Below, piece by piece: positions 35,631 through 45,912 of a stretch of DNA of 64,000 nucleotides. The first letter of the stretch is position 1; every line of letters begins with the position of its first letter. The DNA comes from Bacteroidales bacterium. GTDB lineage: Bacteria; Bacteroidota; Bacteroidia; Bacteroidales; WRLA01. The position numbers and the translations under genes are program-made. The notes beneath the pieces are model-generated. The model ran no database searches and was not told the origin of the DNA. It saw nothing but the letters and a program-made list of their open reading frames with translations. The stretch covers positions 9,286-73,285 of the forward strand of contig WRLA01000005.1 in NCBI GenBank assembly GCA_009777825.1. Direction: 5' to 3'.

Positions 35631-36287
35631 ATGGATAAAAATCAAATACGCGAAGTCATCGCCGGTCGTGCGGCGTTAGAATTGAAAGACGGCGATGTGG
35701 TCAATCTGGGCATCGGACTGCCGACCCTGATCCCGAACTACATCCCGGAAAACGTACACGTCGTCTTACAATCGGAAAACGGACTGCTGGGCATGGGTCC
35801 CACGCCCGAAGCCGGAGAGGAAGACCCCACCTTAGTCAACGCCGGAGGCGGCTACATCACCGCGTTGCCCGGCGCCGTCTCGTTCGACAGCGCCACCTCG
35901 TTTGTCATCATCCGCGGCGGACATGTCGACATAACCGTCCTCGGCGCCTTGCAGGTGGACGAAAAAGGCGACTTGGCAAACTGGATGATCCCCGGCAAAA
36001 AAACCCCCGGAATGGGAGGCGCCATGGACCTGTTAGTAGGCGCCAAAAAGGTAATCTTAGCCATGGAACACACCGCCGGCAACAACAAGAAAATCCTCAA
36101 AAAATGTACCCTCCCGCTGACCGCCGCCGGACAGGTTAACCTCATCATCACCGAAATGGGCGTGATGGAGATAACACCGGATGGCATCGTCCTGCAAGAA
36201 ATCCATCCCGAATTTACCGTCGAACAGGTGCAAGCCGCCACCGAAGCACAACTGATCATCAGCAAAGATTTGATGACAATGAAATAA
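35631..36287 (+). CDS. 3-oxoacid CoA-transferase, subunit B
   Basis: VNLGIGLPTLIPNYIP, LQSENGLLGMGP, GMGGAMDL. Confidence 0.9.
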   Translation: MDKNQIREVIAGRAALELKDGDVVNLGIGLPTLIPNYIPENVHVVLQSENGLLGMGPTPEAGEEDPTLVNAGGGYITALPGAVSFDSATSFVIIRGGHVDITVLGALQVDEKGDLANWMIPGKKTPGMGGAMDLLVGAKKVILAMEHTAGNNKKILKKCTLPLTAAGQVNLIITEMGVMEITPDGIVLQEIHPEFTVEQVQAATEAQLIISKDLMTMK

Positions 36288-36599
36288 ACCCAAAATGTCC
36301 ATTAGCTTTTGTGCGGAGTAAGCCACATGACGATATTCTTGATATCGGATAGTGTTTGAATATTGGTAGATTCCACGATACAGGCTCTCAGTCAGTCTGC
36401 CGTGTCATGCGACTTGTTTGTTTTTGCATTAGAATTTCTAAAAACAATTAGTAAAAGCTGTTACTAAATTAGTGATACTATCGCGACAGTATGTACGCGA
36501 TTCGCCATTGTATCACCTTGTATTTGGTTATATCCTTTAATTCAAGATTTTTAAATCTACGTATTTCGGCTACTTCGGCTTCGCTCAGCACAGGGGCGC

Positions 36600-37733
36600 T
36601 CAATAACACATCTGCGTGCCAATCCACTTCCACATCAGCGCCGCCGTCTTTTCGGAAGCGCCGCCGCCGCCCAATTTTTGTTCTAAGGCGTTGTAGTCGG
36701 TGGCGAGTTGCAGTCGTTTTTCGGGGTTGAGGAGCAGTTCGGTGAGTTCGTTTTTGAGGTTGAGCCGGTTGAAGTCGTTTTGTATCAGTTCTTTGACGAT
36801 GGGTTTGTCCATGATGAGGTTGGGAAGTCCGATGTATTTCACTTTTATCAACTGTTTGGCGATGAGGTAACTGATGTAATCGCCTTTGTAACAGATGATT
36901 TCGGGTGTTTTCATGAGGGCTGTTTCGAGCGACGCCGTTCCGCTGGTTACCAAAGCCGCCTCGGAGGAGCGAAGTAACTTTCGTGTAACGTGTTGTATGA
37001 CAGGAATATCCGGCGCGGCGCTATACCTTTTATAAAACGTCGTCTCCACCGACGAGACGCCCGCTATGACAAATTGGTGTGTCGGGAAATCGGCTTGCAA
37101 CGAGGTCATCAGCGGGAGCATCTTTTTTATCTCTTGCCGACGGCTGCCCGGCAGCAACGCGACGATGGGTTTGGACGACTGCAAATGATGTTGAGCGCAA
37201 AAATGCGTTCTGTCGAACTCCTGTTGTTCGTTCTGCAAAGCGTCCAAGAGCGGATGTCCCACAAAGTCAACTTCGTAGTCGAACTTTTTGTAGAAATCTT
37301 TTTCAAACGGCAGTATCACGAACATACGGTCAACATCGCGTTTTATCTGGTGTACCCGCGACTGTTGCCATGCCCAGACTTGGGGTGAGATGTAGTAGAA
37401 GTTCTTGATTCCCTGCTGTTTCAGAAATTTGGCGATGCGGAGGTTGAAGCCGGGGTAATCGAGCAAAATAACTACATCGGGCTGAAAGTTGAGGATGTCT
37501 TTTTTGCACAACTTGATGTTTTTCAGGACGGTACGCAGGTTCATCGCAATCTTTACGAAACCCATAAAATCCATCTCGCGATAGTGTTTCGTTAGTTGTA
37601 GTCCTTGCGCAACCATCAAATCGCCCCCGAAGCCGCGAAAGACGGCTTCGGGATCTGATTTTTTTAAGGCTTTCATCAGGTTGGACGCATGTAAGTCGCC
37701 CGATGCTTCGCCTGCTATAAAGTAATATTTCAA
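36600..37733 (-). CDS. lpxB: lipid-A-disaccharide synthase
   Basis: MKYYFIAGEASGDLHASNLMKALK and overall LpxB layout. 10 nt downstream of the AsmA-family gene. Confidence 0.9.
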   Translation of the reverse strand: MKYYFIAGEASGDLHASNLMKALKKSDPEAVFRGFGGDLMVAQGLQLTKHYREMDFMGFVKIAMNLRTVLKNIKLCKKDILNFQPDVVILLDYPGFNLRIAKFLKQQGIKNFYYISPQVWAWQQSRVHQIKRDVDRMFVILPFEKDFYKKFDYEVDFVGHPLLDALQNEQQEFDRTHFCAQHHLQSSKPIVALLPGSRRQEIKKMLPLMTSLQADFPTHQFVIAGVSSVETTFYKRYSAAPDIPVIQHVTRKLLRSSEAALVTSGTASLETALMKTPEIICYKGDYISYLIAKQLIKVKYIGLPNLIMDKPIVKELIQNDFNRLNLKNELTELLLNPEKRLQLATDYNALEQKLGGGGASEKTAALMWKWIGTQMCY

Positions 37734-37743
37734 AGTATTAATT

Positions 37744-40566
37744 TTACAATTTTTTATCTTCGGCTTTCTTCACTAAGTCGTCGCCTTCCTTTTTGGCTTT
37801 TGCGATGATATCGTCGCCTTTCTTTTCCGCCTCTCTGACTAAGTCGTCGGATTTTTTCTGCGCCTCCTGTTTCAACTTTTTAGCGCTCTCTTCGGCGGCT
37901 TTTTTGGCTATCGGGTTGCTGGCTTTCTTTACCAATTCCTGTCCCTGTTTGTCGGCTTCCGCAACGCCTTTATTACCTGCGTCGCGTGCTTGTTTCACCA
38001 AGTTTTCCTTTTGTTTTTGTGCTTCGGAGATGAGTTTATCACGTTGTTTCTTAGCCTCTTCTAAGGCTTTGTCTATTTGCTCGTTCACCTTCTCTTTGCC
38101 TTGCTCAACAACTTGTTGCACCACGTCTTTCACGATGTCTTTTCCGGCATTTCCAAGTTCGCCCAACTTAACAACCGGCTGGGTAAATGTCCCGCCAACG
38201 CCGATGGGCAGTTCGATGGTTTCGGGCAGCGTAACATTGATGCCCGTGCCGAAAATGTTGCTTCCTAACTTGGTAATGACGGCGTTGGCTTCCGTTCCTA
38301 ACTCGCTACGTGGGATTTTGGTGCTGAGGGTGTAGTCAATGGTTTCGTCCAATCCCGTCGAACCGAACACCGAAGCTTTGATGTTGCCCGATTTCACCTC
38401 GAAAGGTTCGGTTGTTACCCGTCCGTCAACACAGGTGAAATTCAACGCAAAACGGTCTAACGACAGTTTCCGCAGTTTGTCAATCTTGGTGGCGTCGGCA
38501 ATTTTGTTGAGGACTTCCAAATCTTCCACTTTCACGCCCGGAGAGGATATTTTCCCCGTCGCGTTCATGGTGTTCAGATCGGGCGACATGGTTGGGTCTA
38601 ACATGGTTTTCATGTTCAAATCCAACGACATACGTCCGGTAGTCTTGTCAATAACGGGCAGTAGTTTTTGTATTGTAACAAAGGTCTTGGCGGTCTGCTG
38701 CACGTCCACATTGCTGATGCTTATCTTCATATCCACTTCGGGTTGAGACGGATTGGGGACTTTGTACGTTCCTGCAAGTTTCATGTCGCCATCTAATGCC
38801 TTCATACTGAGGTTTTTCAAGTCTAATACTCCATCTTTCACTGCCACCGCTCCCGAAACCTGATGAAGGTCGAAGTCGTCGTAAATCAACTGTTTCACAT
38901 CCAAATTGAGGAGAAAATCAACATTTTTCGGGATTTCGACGACCGACATCGGCGCTTCTGTTTCGGCTTCCGGCGTTGTTGCTTCCGCTGTCTCTTCGCC
39001 CATCAAACTGTTGATATTCAAATAGTCGGAGTTTATTTTCAACTCTCCTTTGATTGCATCATCCCGCAGGGCGTATCCGATAAAGTTTTCCAACTTACCG
39101 TCCGCTTTGAGGTCGTTTTTCCCTATTTTAGCGGCGGTCGTCATGTTGACGTAACGCGGTGAAAAGTCGAGTTTCAGTTTTTCAATCAACACTTCGTCCG
39201 TTACCATGTCGGTTTTCAACTTCCCGCCGGAGAACTCCAACACGCCCGTAACGTCCATATCTTCATACTTTTCGGCGTCAATGGTTGCCATGTCGCCTTT
39301 CGCCGTCAGGTCTGCCGTCAGAATACCGGCAATATCCATGTCGTCGTCCAATGGATAAAAGTCGTTGATTGTGTTTAGGTTGATGTTTCCTTTTGCCGTA
39401 AAGTCGAAAGTCGGGTTCGAGAGCGGTTTTTTCAATAACAGTTTGATGTCAAACGGGTTATTGCCCATCTCTACATGGAACTTGCTCACGTCAACGACGG
39501 TATTGTCCAAGTCGCCTCCCGGACTGAAAACATGTGTCGCAACCTGAATATTATCAACCGCTTTCGGCAGGTCGGGATATTTGAACATGGCGTTTTCTAT
39601 CTGCAGTTTCAGGTCGAAAGCGGGATACGCCGTTTCGGTCATTTTCCCCTGCGCCGTAACAGCAAAAGCGAGCGTTCCCGCCGTCTGTATGGAGGCAAAA
39701 TCTTTGGCGTACAAGGCGGGGATGAGCGACAGAAAGTTTTTGAACTCCGATTTGATGGCTGTTAATGACAAATCCATGTCAATGTCGTCGTCGGGCATCG
39801 CCACCCAGCCGGCGAAGTCAAACTCCAAAGCGTTGAGTTTCAGTTCGTTCTTCTGCAAGGTGTATTTGCTATGTTCCAAGTCCGCTTCGATGTCGCTGTT
39901 AAAGTCAATCTTAGCCTTGCTCAGATATGGGACGCCGTCCATGACGAAAGAGGCTTTTTCGATGCCCAGCATCACTTTCAGCGTTACCAAATCGGCGGTG
40001 AGGTCGCCCGACAGACGGAAATTCAAATCGTCGGCGGCAAATTTCATACCGCCTGCCTGATCATCATAGACGATATTTCCGTTTGTTATGGACAAATCCT
40101 TGACCATCAGTTTGAAAGCGCTTGCGGTCGTGTCCGGCGCTTCCGCCTCCGGCGCGGTTTCTTCTTCCGATGGTTTGACGATGTCCCAGTTGGCGTTTCC
40201 TTCCTTGTCAATCAGCAAGTTAGCGATGGGGTGATGGATGTTTATCTTGCGTACCTCAATGCCATCGTCGCCAAAGATGCTCATCACGTTCACCGCGAGA
40301 TGCAACTTTTCAACGTAAGCCAATGTGTCGCCCGTAAACGCCTCACGACCAACAACTGAGACCTCGTGAATGTTGACCGAAAGGTATGGAAAATCGGAAA
40401 AGAGACTTAGTCCGATTTTTTGGAAGTCAACGTCCGCCGTCAGCGTCTTATTGACCTCTTGCTTAACTACTTCTATGATCTTGCCCTTAAACACAAAAGG
40501 CAACACAATCATCAACACGATGATGACCAATAGAACAATTCCTGTGATTTTAAAAAATTTTTTCAT
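37744..40566 (-). CDS. AsmA-family outer-membrane biogenesis protein with a K/E/A-rich C-terminal tail
   Basis: N-terminal TM anchor, a long beta-rich body, and a C-terminal lysine-rich repeat (KKAEE.., KQEAQKK..). Confidence 0.8.
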   Translation of the reverse strand: MKKFFKITGIVLLVIIVLMIVLPFVFKGKIIEVVKQEVNKTLTADVDFQKIGLSLFSDFPYLSVNIHEVSVVGREAFTGDTLAYVEKLHLAVNVMSIFGDDGIEVRKINIHHPIANLLIDKEGNANWDIVKPSEEETAPEAEAPDTTASAFKLMVKDLSITNGNIVYDDQAGGMKFAADDLNFRLSGDLTADLVTLKVMLGIEKASFVMDGVPYLSKAKIDFNSDIEADLEHSKYTLQKNELKLNALEFDFAGWVAMPDDDIDMDLSLTAIKSEFKNFLSLIPALYAKDFASIQTAGTLAFAVTAQGKMTETAYPAFDLKLQIENAMFKYPDLPKAVDNIQVATHVFSPGGDLDNTVVDVSKFHVEMGNNPFDIKLLLKKPLSNPTFDFTAKGNINLNTINDFYPLDDDMDIAGILTADLTAKGDMATIDAEKYEDMDVTGVLEFSGGKLKTDMVTDEVLIEKLKLDFSPRYVNMTTAAKIGKNDLKADGKLENFIGYALRDDAIKGELKINSDYLNINSLMGEETAEATTPEAETEAPMSVVEIPKNVDFLLNLDVKQLIYDDFDLHQVSGAVAVKDGVLDLKNLSMKALDGDMKLAGTYKVPNPSQPEVDMKISISNVDVQQTAKTFVTIQKLLPVIDKTTGRMSLDLNMKTMLDPTMSPDLNTMNATGKISSPGVKVEDLEVLNKIADATKIDKLRKLSLDRFALNFTCVDGRVTTEPFEVKSGNIKASVFGSTGLDETIDYTLSTKIPRSELGTEANAVITKLGSNIFGTGINVTLPETIELPIGVGGTFTQPVVKLGELGNAGKDIVKDVVQQVVEQGKEKVNEQIDKALEEAKKQRDKLISEAQKQKENLVKQARDAGNKGVAEADKQGQELVKKASNPIAKKAAEESAKKLKQEAQKKSDDLVREAEKKGDDIIAKAKKEGDDLVKKAEDKKL

Positions 40567-40595
40567 GCTATTACGTATTTAATATAATCAAACTG

Positions 40596-40603
40596 CAAAG
40601 GTA
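40596..40603 (-). promoter_or_regulatory. -7 box (TACCTTTG on the minus strand) upstream of asmA-lpxB
   Basis: caaaggta on the plus strand, 30 nt upstream of the ATG at 40566. Confidence 0.5.
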
Positions 40604-40796
40604 CGATTTTAATTGAAAATGTCAGTATTTTATTTTTGAGGCGGCGCCCATTACCAAAAATCGTGCCAAAAAAATATTTTCGGGAAACAAAATAGAAAAG
40701 CCCTCTTTTCTACTTGATTTACAGCATTTAATTTTATGCACAGCAAATTGTTGATAAAAGAAATGTTTTTTTTCTTACGATTATACCAAATACTTC

Positions 40797-40804
40797 TACC
40801 TTTG
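40797..40804 (+). promoter_or_regulatory. -7 box TACCTTTG upstream of nrdJ
   Basis: 115 nt upstream of the ATG at 40919, implying a long leader or a different start. Confidence 0.4.
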
Positions 40805-40918
40805 GAAAACCTTTATACGAGAGATGCTTTTTTGCGTACAGCATTGTAAATGAAAAAGTTAATGTATAATGTTTGTGTAGATAATGAAATGTTTTATTGA
40901 TAAAAAATCAACGACAGT

Positions 40919-43636
40919 ATGGGCGACGCCATTTTTTTGACGGAAGAAGTAGAACAAGAGCAGAAAACGGGCTACTACGACGACCTTGTGAAAGCGAGGT
41001 TGCGTCCCGAATTTTTGTCTAACAGCAAAATAGACGAAGAAGATAGAGATTTAAACAACATACAAAACTTCGATCGAACGATGGAACATAAAGAGAAAAC
41101 CAAAGTTGAGTTACAACCACTTCCTCAAAAAGAGGCGGTGCGTCATTCTGTTCAGTACTTTAATGGCGACGAACTCGCTGCCACCACTTGGGCTAACAAG
41201 TACGCCCTGAAAGACGGAAACGGGGACACTTACGAAAAAGACCCCGACGCCATGCACCACCGGATGGCACGGGAATTTGCCCGCATTGAAAAGAAATACC
41301 CCAATCCGATGTCGGAAGAGGAGATATACGAACTCTTCAAAGATTTCCGGTATGTCATTCCGCAGGGCAGCCCGATGACAGGAATAGGCAATGATTTTCA
41401 GATAGTTTCGCTGTCGAACTGTTTCGTCATCGGTGACGATAATCCCGCCGACAGTTACGGCGGCATCATCAAGACCGATGAGGAACAGGTGCAACTGATG
41501 AAACGTCGCGGCGGCGTAGGACACGACCTGTCGCACATCCGTCCGAAAGGGACATCCGTGAAAAACAGCGCCTTGACCTCCACCGGCATCGTCCCGTTCA
41601 TGGAACGTTTCTCCAACTCAACACGCGAAGTAGCACAAGACGGACGACGCGGCGCCCTCATGCTGAGCATCTCCGTGAAACACCCCGACGCAGAAGATTT
41701 CATTGACGCCAAGATGCAAGCCGGAAAAGTTACCGGCGCCAACGTCTCGGTACGGCTGACCGACGAGTTTATGCAGGCTGTCGTCGAAGATAAAAAGTTC
41801 CAACAGCAATACCCCGTTGACAGCGACAATCCGTCCATCGTGAAAGAGACTGACGCCCGCAAACTGTGGGAGAAAATCATCCACAACGCCTGGCAATCCG
41901 CCGAACCCGGCGTCATGTTCTGGGACACCATCATCCGCGAATCCGTTCCCGACTGCTATGCCGACTTGGGCTTCCGCACCATTTCCACCAATCCCTGCGG
42001 CGAAATCCCGCTGTGTCCTTACGACAGTTGTCGCCTGTTGGCAATCAACCTCTACAGTTACGTTGAAAATCCCTTTACCGCCACCGCCGCGTTCAACAAC
42101 GACCTGTTTTCCAAACACGTCCGCAAAGCACAACGCCTGATGGACGACCTGATAGACCTCGAAATAGAAAAGATAGACCGCATTCTGGAAAAAATCAACA
42201 AAGACCCCGAAAGCGAAGAGACCAAACGGACTGAACGGCTGTTGTGGGAGAAAATCCGGCACAAGACGTTACAGGGACGGCGCACCGGCTTTGGCATCAC
42301 CGCCGAGGGCGACATGCTGGCAGCGCTCGGCGCCAAATACGGATCCAAAGGCGCTATTGACTTTGCTGTTCGGGTACAACGCATTCTGGCGCTCGAAGCC
42401 TATCGCTCCTCCGTCCAGATGGCGAAAGAGCGTGGCGCTTTCCCCGTCTTCGACGCCAAACGCGAAGAGAAAAACCCGATGATCCAACGCATCAAAACAG
42501 CCTCGCCCGCCCTCTATGACGAGATGGTGCAATACGGCAGACGCAACATCGCCCTACTGACCATCGCGCCGACAGGAACGGTAAGCATCTGTACACAAAC
42601 GACTTCCGGCATAGAACCGGCGTATGAAATAAAATACACACGGCGTAAAAAAGTAAACCCCAACGACAAAGGCGCCAAGGTTGCTTTCGTTGACGAAACA
42701 GGCGACAGTTGGGAAGAGTTCACTGTGTTTCATCATCATTTCATTACATGGCTCAAAGTCAACGGCTACAACGTGGAAGAGGTGAAAAATTATACCGACG
42801 AACAACTGCGCCCCATCATCGAAAAATCACCTTACTTCGGCGCTACCGCCAACGACATTGACTGGGTCGCCAAAGTGAAGATGCAAGGCGCTATGCAACA
42901 GTGGGTTGACCACTCTATCTCCGTAACCGTCAACCTCCCCAGCGACGTTTCCGAAGAATTAGTTGCCCAAATCTACGAAACAGCATGGAAGTCAGGCTGC
43001 AAAGGAATGACCGTCTATCGCGACGGCTCCCGCGGAGGCGTCTTAGTAACAGATAACAAAAACGACAAAGAAGAACAGCAGTGCATCAACGAAACCAACG
43101 CCCCAAAACGACCACACCGCCTCGAAACAGACGTCATCCGCTTCCAAAACGACCACGAACAGTGGATCGCTTTCGTCGGATTGCTCAACGGACGACCCTA
43201 CGAAATCTTCACAGGACGCTCCGAAGGTCTTATCGTACCGCAATGGGTGGAAAAAGGATGGATCATCAAAGAACGCAATGAAGACAAATCCTCGCGCTAC
43301 GACTTCGAGTTTACCGATAAATATGGCTATAAAGTGGTCATGCAGGGACTGTCCCGCGAGTTCAGCAAAGAGTTCTGGAACTACGCCAAACTCATCAGCG
43401 GCATCCTGCGACACGGAATGCCCCTGCCCAGCGTCGTAGAACTGATATCCGGACTCAACTTTGACAGCGACTCCATCACCACTTGGAAAGCCGGCGTTGA
43501 CCGCGCCCTCAAACGCTACATCCCCGACGGTCATAAACCCAAAAACGCAGCATGCCCCAACTGCAAAGACGACGCACTCGTCTATCAGGAAGGATGCTTG
43601 GTCTGCAAATCTTGCGGCTATTCGAGATGCGGGTAG
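40919..43636 (+). CDS. nrdJ: adenosylcobalamin-dependent (class II) ribonucleotide reductase
   Basis: NPCGEIPL active-site Cys loop, TIAPTGT, and a C-terminal Cys-rich tail CPNCKDDALVYQEGCLVCKSCGYSRCG. Start codon uncertain (alternative Met at 41084). Confidence 0.9.
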   Translation: MGDAIFLTEEVEQEQKTGYYDDLVKARLRPEFLSNSKIDEEDRDLNNIQNFDRTMEHKEKTKVELQPLPQKEAVRHSVQYFNGDELAATTWANKYALKDGNGDTYEKDPDAMHHRMAREFARIEKKYPNPMSEEEIYELFKDFRYVIPQGSPMTGIGNDFQIVSLSNCFVIGDDNPADSYGGIIKTDEEQVQLMKRRGGVGHDLSHIRPKGTSVKNSALTSTGIVPFMERFSNSTREVAQDGRRGALMLSISVKHPDAEDFIDAKMQAGKVTGANVSVRLTDEFMQAVVEDKKFQQQYPVDSDNPSIVKETDARKLWEKIIHNAWQSAEPGVMFWDTIIRESVPDCYADLGFRTISTNPCGEIPLCPYDSCRLLAINLYSYVENPFTATAAFNNDLFSKHVRKAQRLMDDLIDLEIEKIDRILEKINKDPESEETKRTERLLWEKIRHKTLQGRRTGFGITAEGDMLAALGAKYGSKGAIDFAVRVQRILALEAYRSSVQMAKERGAFPVFDAKREEKNPMIQRIKTASPALYDEMVQYGRRNIALLTIAPTGTVSICTQTTSGIEPAYEIKYTRRKKVNPNDKGAKVAFVDETGDSWEEFTVFHHHFITWLKVNGYNVEEVKNYTDEQLRPIIEKSPYFGATANDIDWVAKVKMQGAMQQWVDHSISVTVNLPSDVSEELVAQIYETAWKSGCKGMTVYRDGSRGGVLVTDNKNDKEEQQCINETNAPKRPHRLETDVIRFQNDHEQWIAFVGLLNGRPYEIFTGRSEGLIVPQWVEKGWIIKERNEDKSSRYDFEFTDKYGYKVVMQGLSREFSKEFWNYAKLISGILRHGMPLPSVVELISGLNFDSDSITTWKAGVDRALKRYIPDGHKPKNAACPNCKDDALVYQEGCLVCKSCGYSRCG

Positions 43637-43637
43637 A

Positions 43638-43736
43638 TGTCTTTCCGGTCTTACTTTTTACGGAAAATGCTGTCTGTTAGGTCTTACTTTTTACGGAAAC
43701 TCTTGTCTGTTAGGTCTGATTTTTTACTATCTTTGC
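43638..43736. repeat. 3 x 33-bp tandem repeat
   Basis: tgtct(ttcc/gtta)ggtcttactttttacggaaa.. at 43638, 43671 and 43704. The third copy is degenerate and contains the -7 box. Confidence 0.85.
43728..43735 (+). promoter_or_regulatory. -7 box TATCTTTG upstream of the AAA ATPase gene
   Basis: 20 nt upstream of the ATG at 43755. Confidence 0.5.
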
Positions 43737-43754
43737 AAAAAAATTTAAGGCTTT

Positions 43755-45113
43755 ATGGGTGAAAATTATATTAAACGGCACATAGACAAACACTTACACT
43801 TGTGGAAACAATCTGTTTCACGCAAGCCTCTATTGCTTCGGGGAGCCAGACAAGTCGGTAAATCCTCGTCCGTCAGAGAATTTGGGAAACAGTTTGAATA
43901 TTTTCTCGAAATCAATTTTGAAAAAAAGGAAAATCAGGATGCCAAAAAGATATTTGAGCGGAGTTCAACCCCAAAACGCATCGCAGATGAACTTTTTGCC
44001 ATGTTTAATGTCCCCATTGTTCCGGGTAAAACATTGGTTTTTCTCGACGAAATCCAATCCTGCATTTCATCTATTGCGTCCTTACGTTTTTTTTACGAAG
44101 AGATGCCCGAATTACACATCATTGCAGCAGGTTCATTATTGGAATTTGCCTTGGAAGAGTTGCCGTCGTTTGGCGTTGGACGCATACGGTCGTTATTCAT
44201 GTATCCGTTGTCGTTCGACGAATATCTACGTGCCATGAATTTCAATGCCTTAGCCGACATGATACAGCAATCTTCACCCGAACACCCCATGTCAGAGGCG
44301 TTGCATCATCAGTGTATCAATCATTTGGTTCGGTATATCGTTATCGGCGGGATGCCGGAAGTAGTGGCGACTTATGCAAAAGGAGGTTCATTGCAGGACT
44401 GTCAGCAGATTCTGGACGATTTGATGCTGACCTACGACGATGATTTTGCTAAATATAAAAACCGAATGCCGTCGTCAAGAATCAAAGAGGTCTTTCTCTC
44501 TGTTATGGAACAGACAGGGTATAAATTTGTTTATTCGCAGGCTTCGCAAACACTTCGACATGAGCAAATTAAAGATGCCATTAAATTACTTATCATGGCA
44601 GGACTTGTCTATCCGATTACCCATAGTTCGGCAAATGGTCTCCCTTTGGCTGCGGAACTCAATCATAAAATTTGCAAATATGCGGTTTTTGATACCGGAA
44701 TTATGCAGCGGTTTTTAGGACTAAATATATCCGACATTCTGCTGGGCGACACGCTTGTGCAAATAAATAAAGGCTCTATTGCCGAACTATTTGTGGGATT
44801 GGAAATCATAAAATCCATGCCCTGCAACCAACCGGCGCAACTCTATTTCTGGCAACGAGAACAACACGGCAGTCAAGCAGAGATAGACTATCTATTACAA
44901 ATTGATTCTCAAATAGTTCCAGTAGAAGTGAAAGCCGGAACAAAAGGTTCCATGCAAAGTTTACACCTGTTTATGAAAGAAAAAAACAGCGTGAAGGGCA
45001 TCCGTACCTCTTTGGAAAACTTCGGAAAATTGGACAAGATAGAGATATATCCGATGTATGCTATAGGTACAGTTTTTTTCCGTACATTTGCACCCACATA
45101 CCCGAAAAAGTAA
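43755..45113 (+). CDS. AAA+ ATPase with a DUF4143-like C-terminal domain
   Basis: Walker A LLLRGARQVGKSS, Walker B VFLDEIQ, C-terminal EIDYLLQ...VPVEVKAG. Confidence 0.8.
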   Translation: MGENYIKRHIDKHLHLWKQSVSRKPLLLRGARQVGKSSSVREFGKQFEYFLEINFEKKENQDAKKIFERSSTPKRIADELFAMFNVPIVPGKTLVFLDEIQSCISSIASLRFFYEEMPELHIIAAGSLLEFALEELPSFGVGRIRSLFMYPLSFDEYLRAMNFNALADMIQQSSPEHPMSEALHHQCINHLVRYIVIGGMPEVVATYAKGGSLQDCQQILDDLMLTYDDDFAKYKNRMPSSRIKEVFLSVMEQTGYKFVYSQASQTLRHEQIKDAIKLLIMAGLVYPITHSSANGLPLAAELNHKICKYAVFDTGIMQRFLGLNISDILLGDTLVQINKGSIAELFVGLEIIKSMPCNQPAQLYFWQREQHGSQAEIDYLLQIDSQIVPVEVKAGTKGSMQSLHLFMKEKNSVKGIRTSLENFGKLDKIEIYPMYAIGTVFFRTFAPTYPKK

Positions 45114-45138
45114 ATCTTAATTAAACCTTTGATACTTA

Positions 45139-45912
45139 ATGATAACAAAACCCTTAATACTCATCACCAACGACGACAGCATCCACGCCCCCGGTCTCCG
45201 CAAGTTGATAACATCGGTGGAAGGGCTGGGACGCATTCTGGTGATGGCGCCCAACAAACCGCAATCCGGACAGGGACACGCCCTGACGGTAGAAGAGCCG
45301 TTGCGCATCTATCTTCAGCGCTCCGACGACGATTACACCGAATACGCCTGTTCAGGAACGCCCGCCGACTGTATCAAGATGGCAACGCAACAAATCTTAG
45401 AACGGAAGCCGGACTTGATACTCTCCGGCGTTAATCACGGCGCCAACACCTCTGTCAACGCCATCTATTCGGGAACCATCGCCGCCGTCATCGAAGGCTG
45501 CATGATGGGCATCCCCGCCATCGGATTCTCACTGAACGACAACGGATGGAAAGCCGACCTGTCGCACATCGGCGACTACATCCGCCAAATCACCGAAAAC
45601 GTGATTGCCGACGGCTTGCCCGATTACGTCTGTCTCAACGTGAACTTCCCCGCAAAAAATGCCGAGCCGATACGAGGAATCCGCGTCTGCCATCAAGGTC
45701 TGGGCGAGTGGAGCGAAGATTTTGAAAAACGCATAGACCCGCAAGGCAGAGACTACTATTGGATCAAAGGCGTCTATAAATATAACGACCCCCGACCCGA
45801 TACCGACATCATCGCCATTCGGGAAAACTATGTCTCCATCGTCCCGACCATGTTCGACTGGACGGCAAAAAATATGGTCGAACCATTTAAAAAACGCTTC
45901 CAAAATGTTTAA
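45139..45912 (+). CDS. surE: 5'/3'-nucleotidase SurE
   Basis: LITNDDSIHAPGL, SGVNHGAN, SGTIAAV. Confidence 0.9.
   Translation: MITKPLILITNDDSIHAPGLRKLITSVEGLGRILVMAPNKPQSGQGHALTVEEPLRIYLQRSDDDYTEYACSGTPADCIKMATQQILERKPDLILSGVNHGANTSVNAIYSGTIAAVIEGCMMGIPAIGFSLNDNGWKADLSHIGDYIRQITENVIADGLPDYVCLNVNFPAKNAEPIRGIRVCHQGLGEWSEDFEKRIDPQGRDYYWIKGVYKYNDPRPDTDIIAIRENYVSIVPTMFDWTAKNMVEPFKKRFQNV

Noticed and set aside
37744-38100. Lys/Glu/Ala-rich repeat tail of the AsmA-family protein as a separate gene or a novel repeat.
   Set aside because: It is continuous in frame with the AsmA body, and such charged C-terminal tails are plausible low-complexity extensions. There is no independent start or promoter.
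40604-40918. Cobalamin riboswitch or NrdR boxes in the long leader of the B12-dependent RNR gene.
   Set aside because: I could not find a B12-box-like element (AGYCMGG..GCC type) or paired NrdR palindromes, only AT-rich sequence with weak hairpins.
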